64,000 nt of DNA, from assembly GCA_963675755.2 (NCBI GenBank), contig CAXXMD010000002.1, positions 32,001 through 96,000 of the forward strand, read 5' to 3'. Made by a program: the position numbers and the translations under genes. Below are positions 28,006 to 37,458 of the stretch, one piece after another. The DNA comes from a bacterium. Its GTDB lineage: Bacteria > Zhuqueibacterota > Zhuqueibacteria > Residuimicrobiales > Krinioviventaceae. Every line of letters starts with the position of its first letter. Position 1 is the stretch's first letter. The notes below the pieces were generated by a model. It worked only from the letters and a program-made list of their open reading frames with translations. It was not told the origin of the DNA and did not search any database.

Positions 28006-29436
28006 ATGAGTGATATAAACAACTCGGATTCTAACAAGTTGTTAATAATTGATGATGACAAGAGCGTACTGGATTCCATTGTATCTTTATTAAAAAATTC
28101 AAACTATCAATGTTTAACTGCACCTTCAACCGCTGCCGGTGTGAATCTTATAAAAACAGAACAGCCCCTGGTTGTTTTAACCGATCTGAAAATGGAACGA
28201 GATTCATCTGGTATTGAGGTGCTTGAAGAAGCCAAAAAAATTGATCCTGAGCTGGTGGTTATTCTTTATACAGCGTATGGCAATGTTCCTGCTGCTGTAG
28301 ATGCGTTTAAAAAGGGTGCTTTTGATTTTATACAAAAAGTTCAAACCCACCATGATATTCTGGTACCCATAGATCGTGCTTTTAAATTTGCCCGTATTCA
28401 GCGGGAAAATGCGTTTTTGCGCAGCAGGGTAGATCTTACTGATGACGGCAGTTTTTATGGCGCAGTGGGTACAAGTCCTACAATCCGTGAGGTTTTTGAA
28501 ACAGTCAAACGCGTTGCTCGTACCAATGCAACCGTTATGATTACCGGTGAAACCGGTACGGGAAAAGAAGTAATTGCCCGTGGATTGCATTATCACAGTC
28601 CACGTCAGAGCGAATCTTTTGTACCCGTAGCTGTTGGCACATTACCAGACAATCTGCTTGAAGGTGAATTGTTTGGACATGTTAAGGGTGCTTATACCGG
28701 TGCAACTACTGATAAACCCGGTCTGTTTGAAGCAGCAGACAAGGGAACAATCATGCTTGATGAGATTGGCGAAGTCAGTATCGAAATGCAGCACAAATTA
28801 CTGCGCGTCATTCAGGAACGTACTGTTAGAAGACTGGGAAGTGTAAAAGAACGTGATATTGATGTTAGAATTATCAGTGCAACCAACCGTGATCCTGAAG
28901 AATTGGTAAAAGCGGGTAAATTACGCGAAGATCTTTTTTATCGATTAAATGTGATCCACATCCACATTCCGCCATTGCGCGAGCGCAAAGAAGATATACC
29001 CATTCTAGCTTATCATTTCCTTAAAAAATATCGGGATATTGGTGTAGTAGAAGTTGAAAAGATTTCAAATGAAACTTTACTCTTGTTGCAGGAATATGAG
29101 TGGCCGGGTAATGTAAGACAGTTACAGGGAACAATGGAGAGAATGGTAGCATTGGCCGGCAGGCCTGAACTTCGTCCTGAAGATTTACCAGATAAAATAC
29201 GTCCTACAACCAAACGTGTTTATGTAGATACAAATGAAGAACTGGATTTTAAAACTGCCAAAGCTCGTATTACTGAAGCGTTTGAAAAACAATATATTGA
29301 AAATTTACTGGACAAGTATAACAACAACATCACCAAGGTTGCGGATGCTGCCGGTTTAAATAGAAAAACTATATATCGATTAATTGACTCCCGGAATATT
29401 AAATTCAGAGGAGTTCGAGAAGATGATGACGATTAA
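28006..29436 (+). CDS. Sigma-54-dependent response regulator (NtrC/PrsR-like: REC-AAA+-Fis HTH)
   Basis: IIDDD/TDLKM receiver, GETGTGKE, ELFGHVKGAYTGA, LDEIGE, WPGNVRQL, NITKVA..AGLNRKTIYR. Confidence 0.95.
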   Translation: MSDINNSDSNKLLIIDDDKSVLDSIVSLLKNSNYQCLTAPSTAAGVNLIKTEQPLVVLTDLKMERDSSGIEVLEEAKKIDPELVVILYTAYGNVPAAVDAFKKGAFDFIQKVQTHHDILVPIDRAFKFARIQRENAFLRSRVDLTDDGSFYGAVGTSPTIREVFETVKRVARTNATVMITGETGTGKEVIARGLHYHSPRQSESFVPVAVGTLPDNLLEGELFGHVKGAYTGATTDKPGLFEAADKGTIMLDEIGEVSIEMQHKLLRVIQERTVRRLGSVKERDIDVRIISATNRDPEELVKAGKLREDLFYRLNVIHIHIPPLRERKEDIPILAYHFLKKYRDIGVVEVEKISNETLLLLQEYEWPGNVRQLQGTMERMVALAGRPELRPEDLPDKIRPTTKRVYVDTNEELDFKTAKARITEAFEKQYIENLLDKYNNNITKVADAAGLNRKTIYRLIDSRNIKFRGVREDDDD

Positions 29437-29631
29437 TTGATATTGCAAAGAGGGTTTTCATTACATACCCAGGGGGATATGTACTTTACACCACAGTTAT
29501 TTTTATTTAGTGGCCTGCGGGCAACACATCTCGGCTAGAAAAAATGATAATTTTAAACTTTTCTACTTTTTGCCCCCTGTAAGTGTTTGTTTTTAATTAA
29601 AATAGAAAAATGGTAATTTGTGGCGATTTAC

Positions 29632-29647
29632 TGGCATGAAACTTGTA
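29632..29647 (+). promoter_or_regulatory. Putative sigma-54 promoter (-24/-12 variant)
   Basis: TGGCATGAAACTTGTA: GG-N10-GT, about 55 bp upstream of ATG 29701. Confidence 0.5.
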
Positions 29648-29700
29648 CTGGCAGTAATAGAAAAATTAAAGACCATTCACTAAACAGGGTGTATGACGGG

Positions 29701-30123
29701 ATGATGAAAGAAAATATTAAATTAAAAAAAGCCAAATTGATCCTTGTTGGAACGATCGATTTTGGTGTTGTTGAAGGTCTTAAAGAACGTATGAAAGGTG
29801 CCAATTATGAGGTACATTTCGTTCAAAAAGGTATCAGCGTTTTATCAGAAATTCTGGATAATGATGTTGATTTACTTATTCTTGATCTTGAACTTGCAGG
29901 AATTATGGGTGTTGAAATTCTTCCTGTAATACGACGTTTGCGTCCACGTTTACCTGTGATTTTAATTACAGATGATTTTACAAACAGAGTTCGCAAAGTT
30001 GCCGCTGAACTTGGCATTACTTATCAGGCAAGTAAACCTATGTCTCCAAATGAAACTGAAGCTATTATTTCTGCAACTGAAAGTATTGTTGAAAAAAGCG
30101 CACTCAACACATTAGCTATATAA
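29701..30123 (+). CDS. Stand-alone response-regulator receiver protein
   Basis: DLLILDLEL..IMGVEIL, PVILIT, KP; N-terminal acidic pocket atypical. Confidence 0.85.
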   Translation: MMKENIKLKKAKLILVGTIDFGVVEGLKERMKGANYEVHFVQKGISVLSEILDNDVDLLILDLELAGIMGVEILPVIRRLRPRLPVILITDDFTNRVRKVAAELGITYQASKPMSPNETEAIISATESIVEKSALNTLAI

Positions 30124-30135
30124 TTATATAGAATT

Positions 30136-30187
30136 AAAAAGCCACCGGTAAAATTTTGAATTCTTGATTTTGCCGGTGGCTTTTTTT
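30136..30187 (+). terminator. Intrinsic terminator
   Basis: AAAAAGCCACCGGTAAAAT...ATTTTGCCGGTGGC followed by T7. Confidence 0.85.
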
Positions 30188-30432
30188 GTTTACCCCCATT
30201 TATTATTTCATCCCCATGTTCAATTTTCAAGTGATGTGACATACAGTCAACAGTATTTCATATATGTCCATTGTAATAACCAATTAGTAAACGAAAATGT
30301 AGTTATTTTGATGTTCATATGGCTCCGGACAAGTAGTAATGATTTTTTTGCAGTATATTAAGTTATTAAAAAACAATTAGTTAAAAATTTAATTTTCGTG
30401 TGTATTTGAATTGGTAAATATTTTAGATTTTT

Positions 30433-30448
30433 TGGCATAAACTCTGCT
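30433..30448 (+). promoter_or_regulatory. Sigma-54 promoter of the surface-protein/EPS operon
   Basis: TGGCATAAACTCTGCT: exact GG-N10-GC spacing, about 60 bp upstream of ATG 30509. Confidence 0.75.
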
Positions 30449-30508
30449 TTAGCAAGGGTAGAAAATAAAAAATGATTCAAGAAATAAAGATTTTTGAGGA
30501 GAGAAGTA

Positions 30509-31798
30509 ATGAAATATAATCTGCGCAAATTTAACCGAATGAAACAGAATAGACGCGTTTTCAGTCTGTTTGGTCAGGCTCATTCTACGGTTCTCTCTTT
30601 TTTGTTTGTGTTATTCTTTTTTACTCAGGTTTATGCAGCAGGTTCTCTGGTAGCATCATGGAGCCCAAATGCTGAATCAGATCTCGCTGGATACAAAATC
30701 TATTATGGTACAACATCCGGTGATCAGACGAATTGGCAGATGAAAGATGTTGGTGATGTCAATCGTCATGTATTTCATGATCTGGTAGCAGGAGAAACTT
30801 ATTATATGGTTGTTACTGCATATGACTGGGCAGGAAATGAGAGTGATCCTTCAACTGAAGCCAGCGCTGTTGCAACAAATCGAGATGTTACAATTGCATA
30901 TACCGAAGAAAACGGATTGGTAATTACCTGGGATGCTGTAAGTGGTGCAACTGCATATGATATTTATAAAAGCTCAAGTGCATACTTTACACCAACAACA
31001 CCTTTAATTTCTGTAACGGGAACACAGTATACAGATAGTAATTTTTCACGTGAAGCTGATACTGGATCATATTATATAGTTACAGCTAAAGCTGATGCCA
31101 ATGAATTATTTACTTTTTCAACAATTGGTGCTTTAAATGTAAAGCTGAATGGTGCCAAAAATCTGGTATCTGTTCCTTTTATTACATCTGATTCAACTTT
31201 ATCAACTGTATTAGGTTCTCAACTTACGGGCAGCAGTTTTTCAAGTCAGGCTGACCGTGTAAGAGTTTGGAATGGAAGTGAATATGAAATGGCATGGTTG
31301 GTTGAAGGTACAGGTACAGCTTATGATGGTAAATGGCTGCGTAAAGCCGGTGATATGGAATCACCAATCAGACTTGTTCCTCAGCAGGCTTTTTGGATTG
31401 AACTGGTAAACCCGGTTCCAACCGATTCTGTAGTAACAGTTGCTGGTAGAGTTGCTGAAGATGCCAGTTATACATATCAATTAAATAGTGGTCCTAACTT
31501 TGTTGGTTCGTACTATCCTTCAGAAATAACATTGACTAACACCAATTTGGGATCAAGTGGAGCAGTAACCGGCGGTTTGAATGGTGCTGTATCTGATAAA
31601 ATTATGCATTGGCGTAATGTAAACGACTTTGACGTGGCCTGGCTTGTAGCTGGTTCTGGAACGAGCTGGGACGGGGAGTGGGTGAATGAGCGAGGTGATG
31701 CTCTTTCTAATATGACTTTCAAGGCAGGCCACGGCTATATTATTATGATTAAAAATGACAATACAACCCGTAACTGGCAGTTACCAAAACCCAATTAA
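30509..31798 (+). CDS. Secreted fibronectin type III protein with a duplicated beta-rich C-terminal domain (no CTD)
   Basis: W.PN.ESDLAGYKIYYG...YYMVVTAYDWAGNESD.S FN3; second FN3-like unit; two repeats G.NLVSVP/GPNFVG..P ... D....W...AWLV.G.GT..DG.W. Confidence 0.85.
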   Translation: MKYNLRKFNRMKQNRRVFSLFGQAHSTVLSFLFVLFFFTQVYAAGSLVASWSPNAESDLAGYKIYYGTTSGDQTNWQMKDVGDVNRHVFHDLVAGETYYMVVTAYDWAGNESDPSTEASAVATNRDVTIAYTEENGLVITWDAVSGATAYDIYKSSSAYFTPTTPLISVTGTQYTDSNFSREADTGSYYIVTAKADANELFTFSTIGALNVKLNGAKNLVSVPFITSDSTLSTVLGSQLTGSSFSSQADRVRVWNGSEYEMAWLVEGTGTAYDGKWLRKAGDMESPIRLVPQQAFWIELVNPVPTDSVVTVAGRVAEDASYTYQLNSGPNFVGSYYPSEITLTNTNLGSSGAVTGGLNGAVSDKIMHWRNVNDFDVAWLVAGSGTSWDGEWVNERGDALSNMTFKAGHGYIIMIKNDNTTRNWQLPKPN

Positions 31799-31831
31799 TA
31801 TTGGGACGAGATGTTAAAAGGAGTAATTGTG

Positions 31832-32893
31832 ATGAACAAAGCTTATACGATTATATTAGTAATATTTTTAACCATGCTGGTTGTGTCGGTACAGGCCGGA
31901 ACTTTGGAAGCTTTTTCCGATGAAGGTTGTGTTGATGTTAATGGTTCTACCTACCTTGTTGGAAGCAACAGTAGTGGTGATCTTGTACAATTGATCTGGA
32001 CCGGCCCGGATGGCAAAATTAACGAAGCAGACGATTTGGGCAATGCAACTGGTGATGATGTAATTATCGATTCAACTTATATCGGTTTTGGAACTTTACC
32101 AGGTGTAACAGCAAATGGTCGTTTTGGAAAAACGTTTACCCATGATCTTTTGGCTCAATCCTATACGGTTTATATACGTACATGGAACGCTCCAACAATT
32201 ACAGGCTTGACAGATGCTTATGGTAATTCTCCAATTCGCACTATGCAAAGTGATATTGACCATTTCAATTGCGGTGCTGTTAGATGTATTGAACGTACCA
32301 GTACACCTGTAGAATTGACCAGCTTTACTGTAAATTCCGAACCCGGAAAAATGGTTTTAAATTGGGTAACCCAGTCTGAAACTGAAAACCTTGGATTTTA
32401 CATCTATAGAAGTGAATCAATTGATGGTGAACGTGTGAATGTGACTGAATCCATGATTGATGGCGCCATTAACGCACAATCCAGAAATGATTACAGCTGG
32501 ATTGATAACAGTATTGAAGATGGTGTTGTATACTATTACTGGCTGGTGGATGTGGCTACAACGGGTGAAACAAATTTTTCAGATTCTCAAAAAGCAATTG
32601 GTATTGCCAAACCTGATCATTATGAATTAAGCCAGAATTATCCGAATCCATTTAACCCCAGAACCACAATTAAATATACTCTCAAAGATGACGGTCATGT
32701 AGAACTCGCTATCTTTAATATTCGTGGTCAACTGGTACGCAGTCTGGTTAACAGTGAACAATCCGCAGGTGTTTATTCAAAGATTTGGGATGCCAAAGAT
32801 GACAATGGTGTTTCATTGCCAAGCGGAATCTATTTTTACAGAATACGTTCTAACGAGTTTGAATCTATCAAAAAGATGTCCTTGACCAAGTAA
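31832..32893 (+). CDS. Secreted protein with PVEL-Ig linker and FlgD-Ig/T9SS-type CTD
   Basis: Signal peptide; PVELTSF, W.TQSETENLGF, QNYPNPFNP.TTIKY, IFNIRGQLVRSL, SGIYFYRI, KKMSLTK. Confidence 0.9.
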   Translation: MNKAYTIILVIFLTMLVVSVQAGTLEAFSDEGCVDVNGSTYLVGSNSSGDLVQLIWTGPDGKINEADDLGNATGDDVIIDSTYIGFGTLPGVTANGRFGKTFTHDLLAQSYTVYIRTWNAPTITGLTDAYGNSPIRTMQSDIDHFNCGAVRCIERTSTPVELTSFTVNSEPGKMVLNWVTQSETENLGFYIYRSESIDGERVNVTESMIDGAINAQSRNDYSWIDNSIEDGVVYYYWLVDVATTGETNFSDSQKAIGIAKPDHYELSQNYPNPFNPRTTIKYTLKDDGHVELAIFNIRGQLVRSLVNSEQSAGVYSKIWDAKDDNGVSLPSGIYFYRIRSNEFESIKKMSLTK

Positions 32894-32905
32894 CAGGTCT
32901 TGGGC

Positions 32906-32944
32906 ATTTTTACTAAAAATTTTTACTAAATATTTTTACTAAAT
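32906..32944. repeat. Three tandem 13-bp direct repeats ATTTTTACTAAA(A/T)
   Basis: Units at 32906-32918, 32919-32931 and 32932-32944. Confidence 0.85.
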
Positions 32945-32969
32945 AATTTATTATTAAGCGGAACCGAAA

Positions 32970-33728
32970 ATGAAAACAGTACGAAATACAATCTCTCTGA
33001 TCTTGACCCTGGTGCTCTTGAGCGTGTTGACAGCTTGTTCGGTAAATCCTCCGGCAGATCCTCAGCAGCAAAAGGTACAGGGAAAGCATCGTACAGTTTT
33101 TAAAATGAAAGCACCGCAGAATAATATCACAGAATCCACATCATATCGTTTAGGATATGGTGACAGTATTGAAATAAAGTTTTTTAACAATCCGGAATAC
33201 AACGAAACCATTACAGTACGCCCTGATGGCCGAATCAGTTTGCAGCGGGTTGGTGATATATTTGTTATCCAGATGACACCAGCGGAATTGGATGACATCA
33301 TCACACAAACCTATAGCGAAATTCTGATTAATCCCGATGTTACCGTTTTTGTACGGGAATTTGGCGGCCAGGATGTATATGTTATGGGTGAAGTTGAAAA
33401 TCCGGGAGTATTCAAAGTAACAAAAGGTATGACCATGTTAAGGGCTATCGCCGCGGCAGGCGGGCCCAAGGGCGGTGCGGAGTTGGGTAGTGTCTTACTT
33501 ATCCGCAATGACGGACATAGTCGTGGTGAGGCTGTACGGGTGGATTTAGCATTGTCAACATTGCGTAAAAATCTTAATTATGATTTACCTGTTCAATCCT
33601 ATGATGTCGTTTTTGTACCACGAACGTTTATTGCGGATGTCAATTCTTTCGTAACACAGTTATATGATATTGCACTACCGCCATTCGACATTTGGTCCAG
33701 ATACAATTACTGGTATGGCTCAAAGTAA
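32970..33728 (+). CDS. Polysaccharide export lipoprotein (Wza/OPX, Poly_export + SLBB)
   Basis: Lipobox LTAC; YRLGYGD.I.I, VRPDGRISL, VYVMGEVENPG, AIAAAGG, DVVFVP. Confidence 0.92.
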   Translation: MKTVRNTISLILTLVLLSVLTACSVNPPADPQQQKVQGKHRTVFKMKAPQNNITESTSYRLGYGDSIEIKFFNNPEYNETITVRPDGRISLQRVGDIFVIQMTPAELDDIITQTYSEILINPDVTVFVREFGGQDVYVMGEVENPGVFKVTKGMTMLRAIAAAGGPKGGAELGSVLLIRNDGHSRGEAVRVDLALSTLRKNLNYDLPVQSYDVVFVPRTFIADVNSFVTQLYDIALPPFDIWSRYNYWYGSK

Positions 33729-33760
33729 CAGTTATTTGATCACTAAAAAGGATTGACAAC

Positions 33761-35287
33761 ATGATTGAGTACAGTCGATATGACAGTCCAATATCTCCAA
33801 CAAGTTTTATGAGTATATTGAACAAGCGGAAAAAGTTGATTATAACATTATTTGTTTTGGTTTTCACAAGTATTATTGCAGCATCCTTTGTTTTACCACC
33901 GGTTTATCGTTCAACTGCTAAATTGATGGTTAATTACCAGGGTGAAGATGAAAAGAGTTATATGTTGGGTATGGTTTCTTCAGGCAATCGGGCCCAATAT
34001 GATCGCATCGGTTCCGAGCTAGCAATTGTTAAAATGCACAGTATTCTTGAACCGGTTGTTAAGGAACTGGAAATGGATAAACCTGAAGAAAAAGATTTTT
34101 CATTATTAAGCACTCTGGGACTTGGGAACGAAGCAATTGCAGACGAGAATCCGGAAATGCTCCACAATCAGGCTGTTGTTCAACTTTCCAAAGATTTAAA
34201 TGTGGAACGAGAAAAAGACACCAATGTACTGGTTTTAACCTATGATGCAGATGACCCACAATATGCAGCAAATGTAGTAAAGCAAGTTGTGAGTGAATAT
34301 ATTGATCAACGTCCATTACTTGACAGAGATGACAGAGATTATGAATTTTATAATAAACAGATTACAGATATTGAAGAACGTATAGCTCAACTTGAACAGC
34401 AGGGAATGCAATACCGTAGTTATGAACGGTTATTACAACCAGATGAACAGACCAAGATTCTGGTTACATCAGCTGCTGATTTTGATAAAGAACTGACCAA
34501 AACCAGATCTGAACGAATTTCCAAAGAAGCAAGACTTGAAGTTATACGCGAACAATTAGCAAGTGGTACCCAGGCTATTACGTTTCCTAATATGGAATCG
34601 AGTGAAAAAGTTGGACGAATGGATTATCTGAATGAATTAAAGAAAACCAAACTTGAACTTGAACTTGAAAAAAGCGCCATGGCAAAAAAATACACAGATA
34701 AACATCCTGAAATGGTGCGAGTAACACAGGCAATAGAATCAACAAATATAAAAATACAGGCAGAGATCAATGAGTTTATTCGAGCTGAAGAAACAAGTGT
34801 GCGTGCTTTACGTGCAACAGAACAAGCTTTGGCTGGAAAAATGAACCAGGTTGTTAATTCTGTAGTGGATCTTTCCCGTCAGGAATATGAACTTGGTAAA
34901 TTGACCATTGGTATCGAAGATTTACGAGAAGTGCATTCTATGCTTATCCGTAAACGTGAAGAAGCAAGAATTGCAGCCAGCAAGCAGGAATATAATGTCA
35001 AAGTACGCGTGCTGGAACCTGCAATGACAGCTCCTCATCCTGTAAAACCGAACAAGGCTTTGTTTGCCGGACTGGCGGTGGTGTTAGGGATTATGATTTC
35101 CTTGGGCGGTGCGTTTTTTATCGAGATGTTTGACCACTCGGTAAATACAGTGGAAGATGCCCAACATTGTTTGGGGTTGCCTATTTTGGCTGCAATACCG
35201 GATTTTGATTCAAGACGTCTTGGAGACACAATGCAGTGTCTGCAAGCTCCCCGGTATTCAATGAATGAAATGGCAACGGTGGATTAA
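33761..35287 (+). CDS. Polysaccharide co-polymerase / chain-length determinant (Wzc N-part, GumC-like)
   Basis: N-terminal TM + PVYRSTAKL, long coiled coil, YTDKHPE, P..PVKPNK + TM, LGLPILAAIP. Confidence 0.92.
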   Translation: MIEYSRYDSPISPTSFMSILNKRKKLIITLFVLVFTSIIAASFVLPPVYRSTAKLMVNYQGEDEKSYMLGMVSSGNRAQYDRIGSELAIVKMHSILEPVVKELEMDKPEEKDFSLLSTLGLGNEAIADENPEMLHNQAVVQLSKDLNVEREKDTNVLVLTYDADDPQYAANVVKQVVSEYIDQRPLLDRDDRDYEFYNKQITDIEERIAQLEQQGMQYRSYERLLQPDEQTKILVTSAADFDKELTKTRSERISKEARLEVIREQLASGTQAITFPNMESSEKVGRMDYLNELKKTKLELELEKSAMAKKYTDKHPEMVRVTQAIESTNIKIQAEINEFIRAEETSVRALRATEQALAGKMNQVVNSVVDLSRQEYELGKLTIGIEDLREVHSMLIRKREEARIAASKQEYNVKVRVLEPAMTAPHPVKPNKALFAGLAVVLGIMISLGGAFFIEMFDHSVNTVEDAQHCLGLPILAAIPDFDSRRLGDTMQCLQAPRYSMNEMATVD

Positions 35288-35310
35288 TTAAAACCTTTTT
35301 GGAGGAAAAA

Positions 35311-35523
35311 ATGAGAAATCAATTGAAAATTAAAAGATGGGAAGCCGGATTAAAACAATATGAACTGGCATTTCTGCTGGGTTGCAGCTCTACATATCTT
35401 TCAATGGTAGAGAATAATCGAATTGAAGCAACTGTCGAATTTAAACGCAAAGTTTCAGAGATTTTCAATGTCAGTATTGGCGAGATTTTCCATGAAAATA
35501 TCAATACAGCGGCAATGGCTTAA
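35311..35523 (+). CDS. Small XRE/Cro-type HTH protein
   Basis: LK..R..AGLKQYELA.LLG.S..YLS.VENNR...SE.FNVSIGEIF; GGAGG RBS. Confidence 0.85.
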   Translation: MRNQLKIKRWEAGLKQYELAFLLGCSSTYLSMVENNRIEATVEFKRKVSEIFNVSIGEIFHENINTAAMA

Positions 35524-35554
35524 TTGGATATAATAATTGAATAACGGAATGGCC

Positions 35555-36541
35555 ATGTATACTAAATATTTTAAATTAAAAGAAGAACCTTTTACAACGA
35601 CTCCGGATCCCCGCTTTTTATATGAAAGCGAAATGCACCAGGAAGCTCTTGATCGCCTGATGATGGGTATTACCAGCAGACGCGGTATTAATGCTATTGT
35701 AGCTGAACCCGGTTTAGGGAAAAGCACAATAATCAGAACGCTTTTAAACGGTTTAAATAAAAAAGTCCATTTTGCATGGGTATTCAATACCACGATGGAT
35801 ATTAAAAATCTGATCAAATACATTTGCCAGGATTTTGGTTTTAAACCCAAGAGTGATGATTTGAGTGAAATTCTTTTAGAGTTTTATACCTTTTTGGTCA
35901 AAGATTATCAAAAAGGGAATATACCCCTGTTAATAATTGATGAAGCACAAAATCTGAAAGCAGATGTGCTTGAAGAGATTCGTCAACTTTCGAACCTGGA
36001 AACCATGCAGAATAAATTATTACAGATCATTCTGTCTGGCCAACCTCAGCTCGATGTTACATTGGATTCTCCGGAATTGCAGCAATTAAAACAGCGGATA
36101 TCCTTAAAAGCCATTCTTCGTCGTTTGGATTATAATGATACTGTTCAATATATACAGCATCGCTTAAAAGTTGCCGGCGCAAAACGAGATGATATTTTTA
36201 CCGAAGCGTCTATGAAAATGATCAAAAAGATTTCCGATGGTGTTCCCAGACTGATTAACCAGGTGTGTGATAACGCACTCATGCTTGCGGCCCGTCGTGA
36301 TATGCATAAAGTTGATTCCATTTTGATAGCAGAATTGTTTGAAAAAGGAATGGTTATGGCCGCTGGCCCGGAACCAGTAACTTCTCGTTCAAACCTTACT
36401 GCTCTCAAGCAACGCAAACATGCAGAGACTGAAAATACACATCCACATCCCCAAACTATTGTTAAACCGCTTCCAAATATAATGGAATCGATTTCAGATG
36501 AATTTGGCGGATTGGACCTGAACCGATTAACAATAAACTGA
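35555..36541 (+). CDS. ExeA/GspA-like AAA ATPase (type found in EPS/PEP-CTERM loci)
   Basis: MY..YF.LKEEPF..TPDPRFLY, EPGLGKST, LLIIDEAQNL, LQIILSGQPQL, QLKQRI, GVPRLINQVCDNAL. Confidence 0.92.
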   Translation: MYTKYFKLKEEPFTTTPDPRFLYESEMHQEALDRLMMGITSRRGINAIVAEPGLGKSTIIRTLLNGLNKKVHFAWVFNTTMDIKNLIKYICQDFGFKPKSDDLSEILLEFYTFLVKDYQKGNIPLLIIDEAQNLKADVLEEIRQLSNLETMQNKLLQIILSGQPQLDVTLDSPELQQLKQRISLKAILRRLDYNDTVQYIQHRLKVAGAKRDDIFTEASMKMIKKISDGVPRLINQVCDNALMLAARRDMHKVDSILIAELFEKGMVMAAGPEPVTSRSNLTALKQRKHAETENTHPHPQTIVKPLPNIMESISDEFGGLDLNRLTIN

Positions 36542-36558
36542 TTTTTTGAGGTGCCAGA

Positions 36559-37452
36559 ATGAGCGTTGTCCATGAATTGTTGTGTCAGATCGAAGAAAAG
36601 GAAAATTTACAATATTTCCGTCAACCTGCACCTGTAGAGACCACTACAGATAATGGTTTGTTTGTATTTGATCTGCCCAAAGAGATCATTAATGATTTTT
36701 ACGGTCTCAAGGAATATGTCCGTATCGCCAATCGTGGTGGCAACGTTAGGGTATTGTCTATTACAAGTTCTACATATGGTGAAGGTGCCTCAACCATAGC
36801 AACATATCTAAGTTTTTTAATGGCCGGTGGTCTGGTTAAACAACCAGCGGTTCCTGCTACACAACAGGAAAACAATTCACTGTTTAATGACAGCTTGCGC
36901 GCACTTGTAAATCACAACCGCAAATCTAATGTTGTACCCATGGACAGTGAACCTACAAACTCGAGATTTTCAAGCAGAGATGATATATTACTCATCGATG
37001 CAAATCTTGAACAGCCCGGTCTGCACCGATATTTCGGATTACCTGATGAGATGGGCCTGGGCGAAATTATTGAACAAAATCAGGACTGGAAAGAATATGT
37101 CCGGTCTGTTGATAATAGTAATTTAAAGATCATCACTGCGGGCAGTGCTGAATCTAAATCCATCGAATTGTTAAGCTCTGACCGGTTCCGTGCTCTGGTA
37201 CGTCAGTGGCGTAATACTTTTAAATATGTAATTATTGATACACCCCCTGTACTGAACTCTATTGAATCTCTTAGTATTGCTTCAGTATCTGATGGTGTAA
37301 TTCTGATCGTTTGTGCCGGTCAAACCCGTTGGGAAAACGCACAAACTGCAAAAATGAAATTAATGTCTGCAAAAGCAAATGTACTGGGAGTTGCCCTCAA
37401 TCGCCGCAAGATGGATATTCCTGATGGACTCTATAAACGACTGGTTTCATAG
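36559..37452 (+). CDS. CpsD/CapB-like BY-kinase domain (Wzc C-part) with degenerate Walker A
   Basis: ITSS..GEGAST (K to A), LLIDAN, YVIIDTPPV, DGVILIV, VLGVALNR; no Tyr cluster. Confidence 0.85.
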   Translation: MSVVHELLCQIEEKENLQYFRQPAPVETTTDNGLFVFDLPKEIINDFYGLKEYVRIANRGGNVRVLSITSSTYGEGASTIATYLSFLMAGGLVKQPAVPATQQENNSLFNDSLRALVNHNRKSNVVPMDSEPTNSRFSSRDDILLIDANLEQPGLHRYFGLPDEMGLGEIIEQNQDWKEYVRSVDNSNLKIITAGSAESKSIELLSSDRFRALVRQWRNTFKYVIIDTPPVLNSIESLSIASVSDGVILIVCAGQTRWENAQTAKMKLMSAKANVLGVALNRRKMDIPDGLYKRLVS

Positions 37453-37458
37453 GGGGGA

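Noticed and set aside
35555-36541. ExeA-like ATPase as a transposon TniB/TnsC or a type II secretion component
   Set aside because: There is no transposase or gsp gene adjacent, and the context is polysaccharide export.
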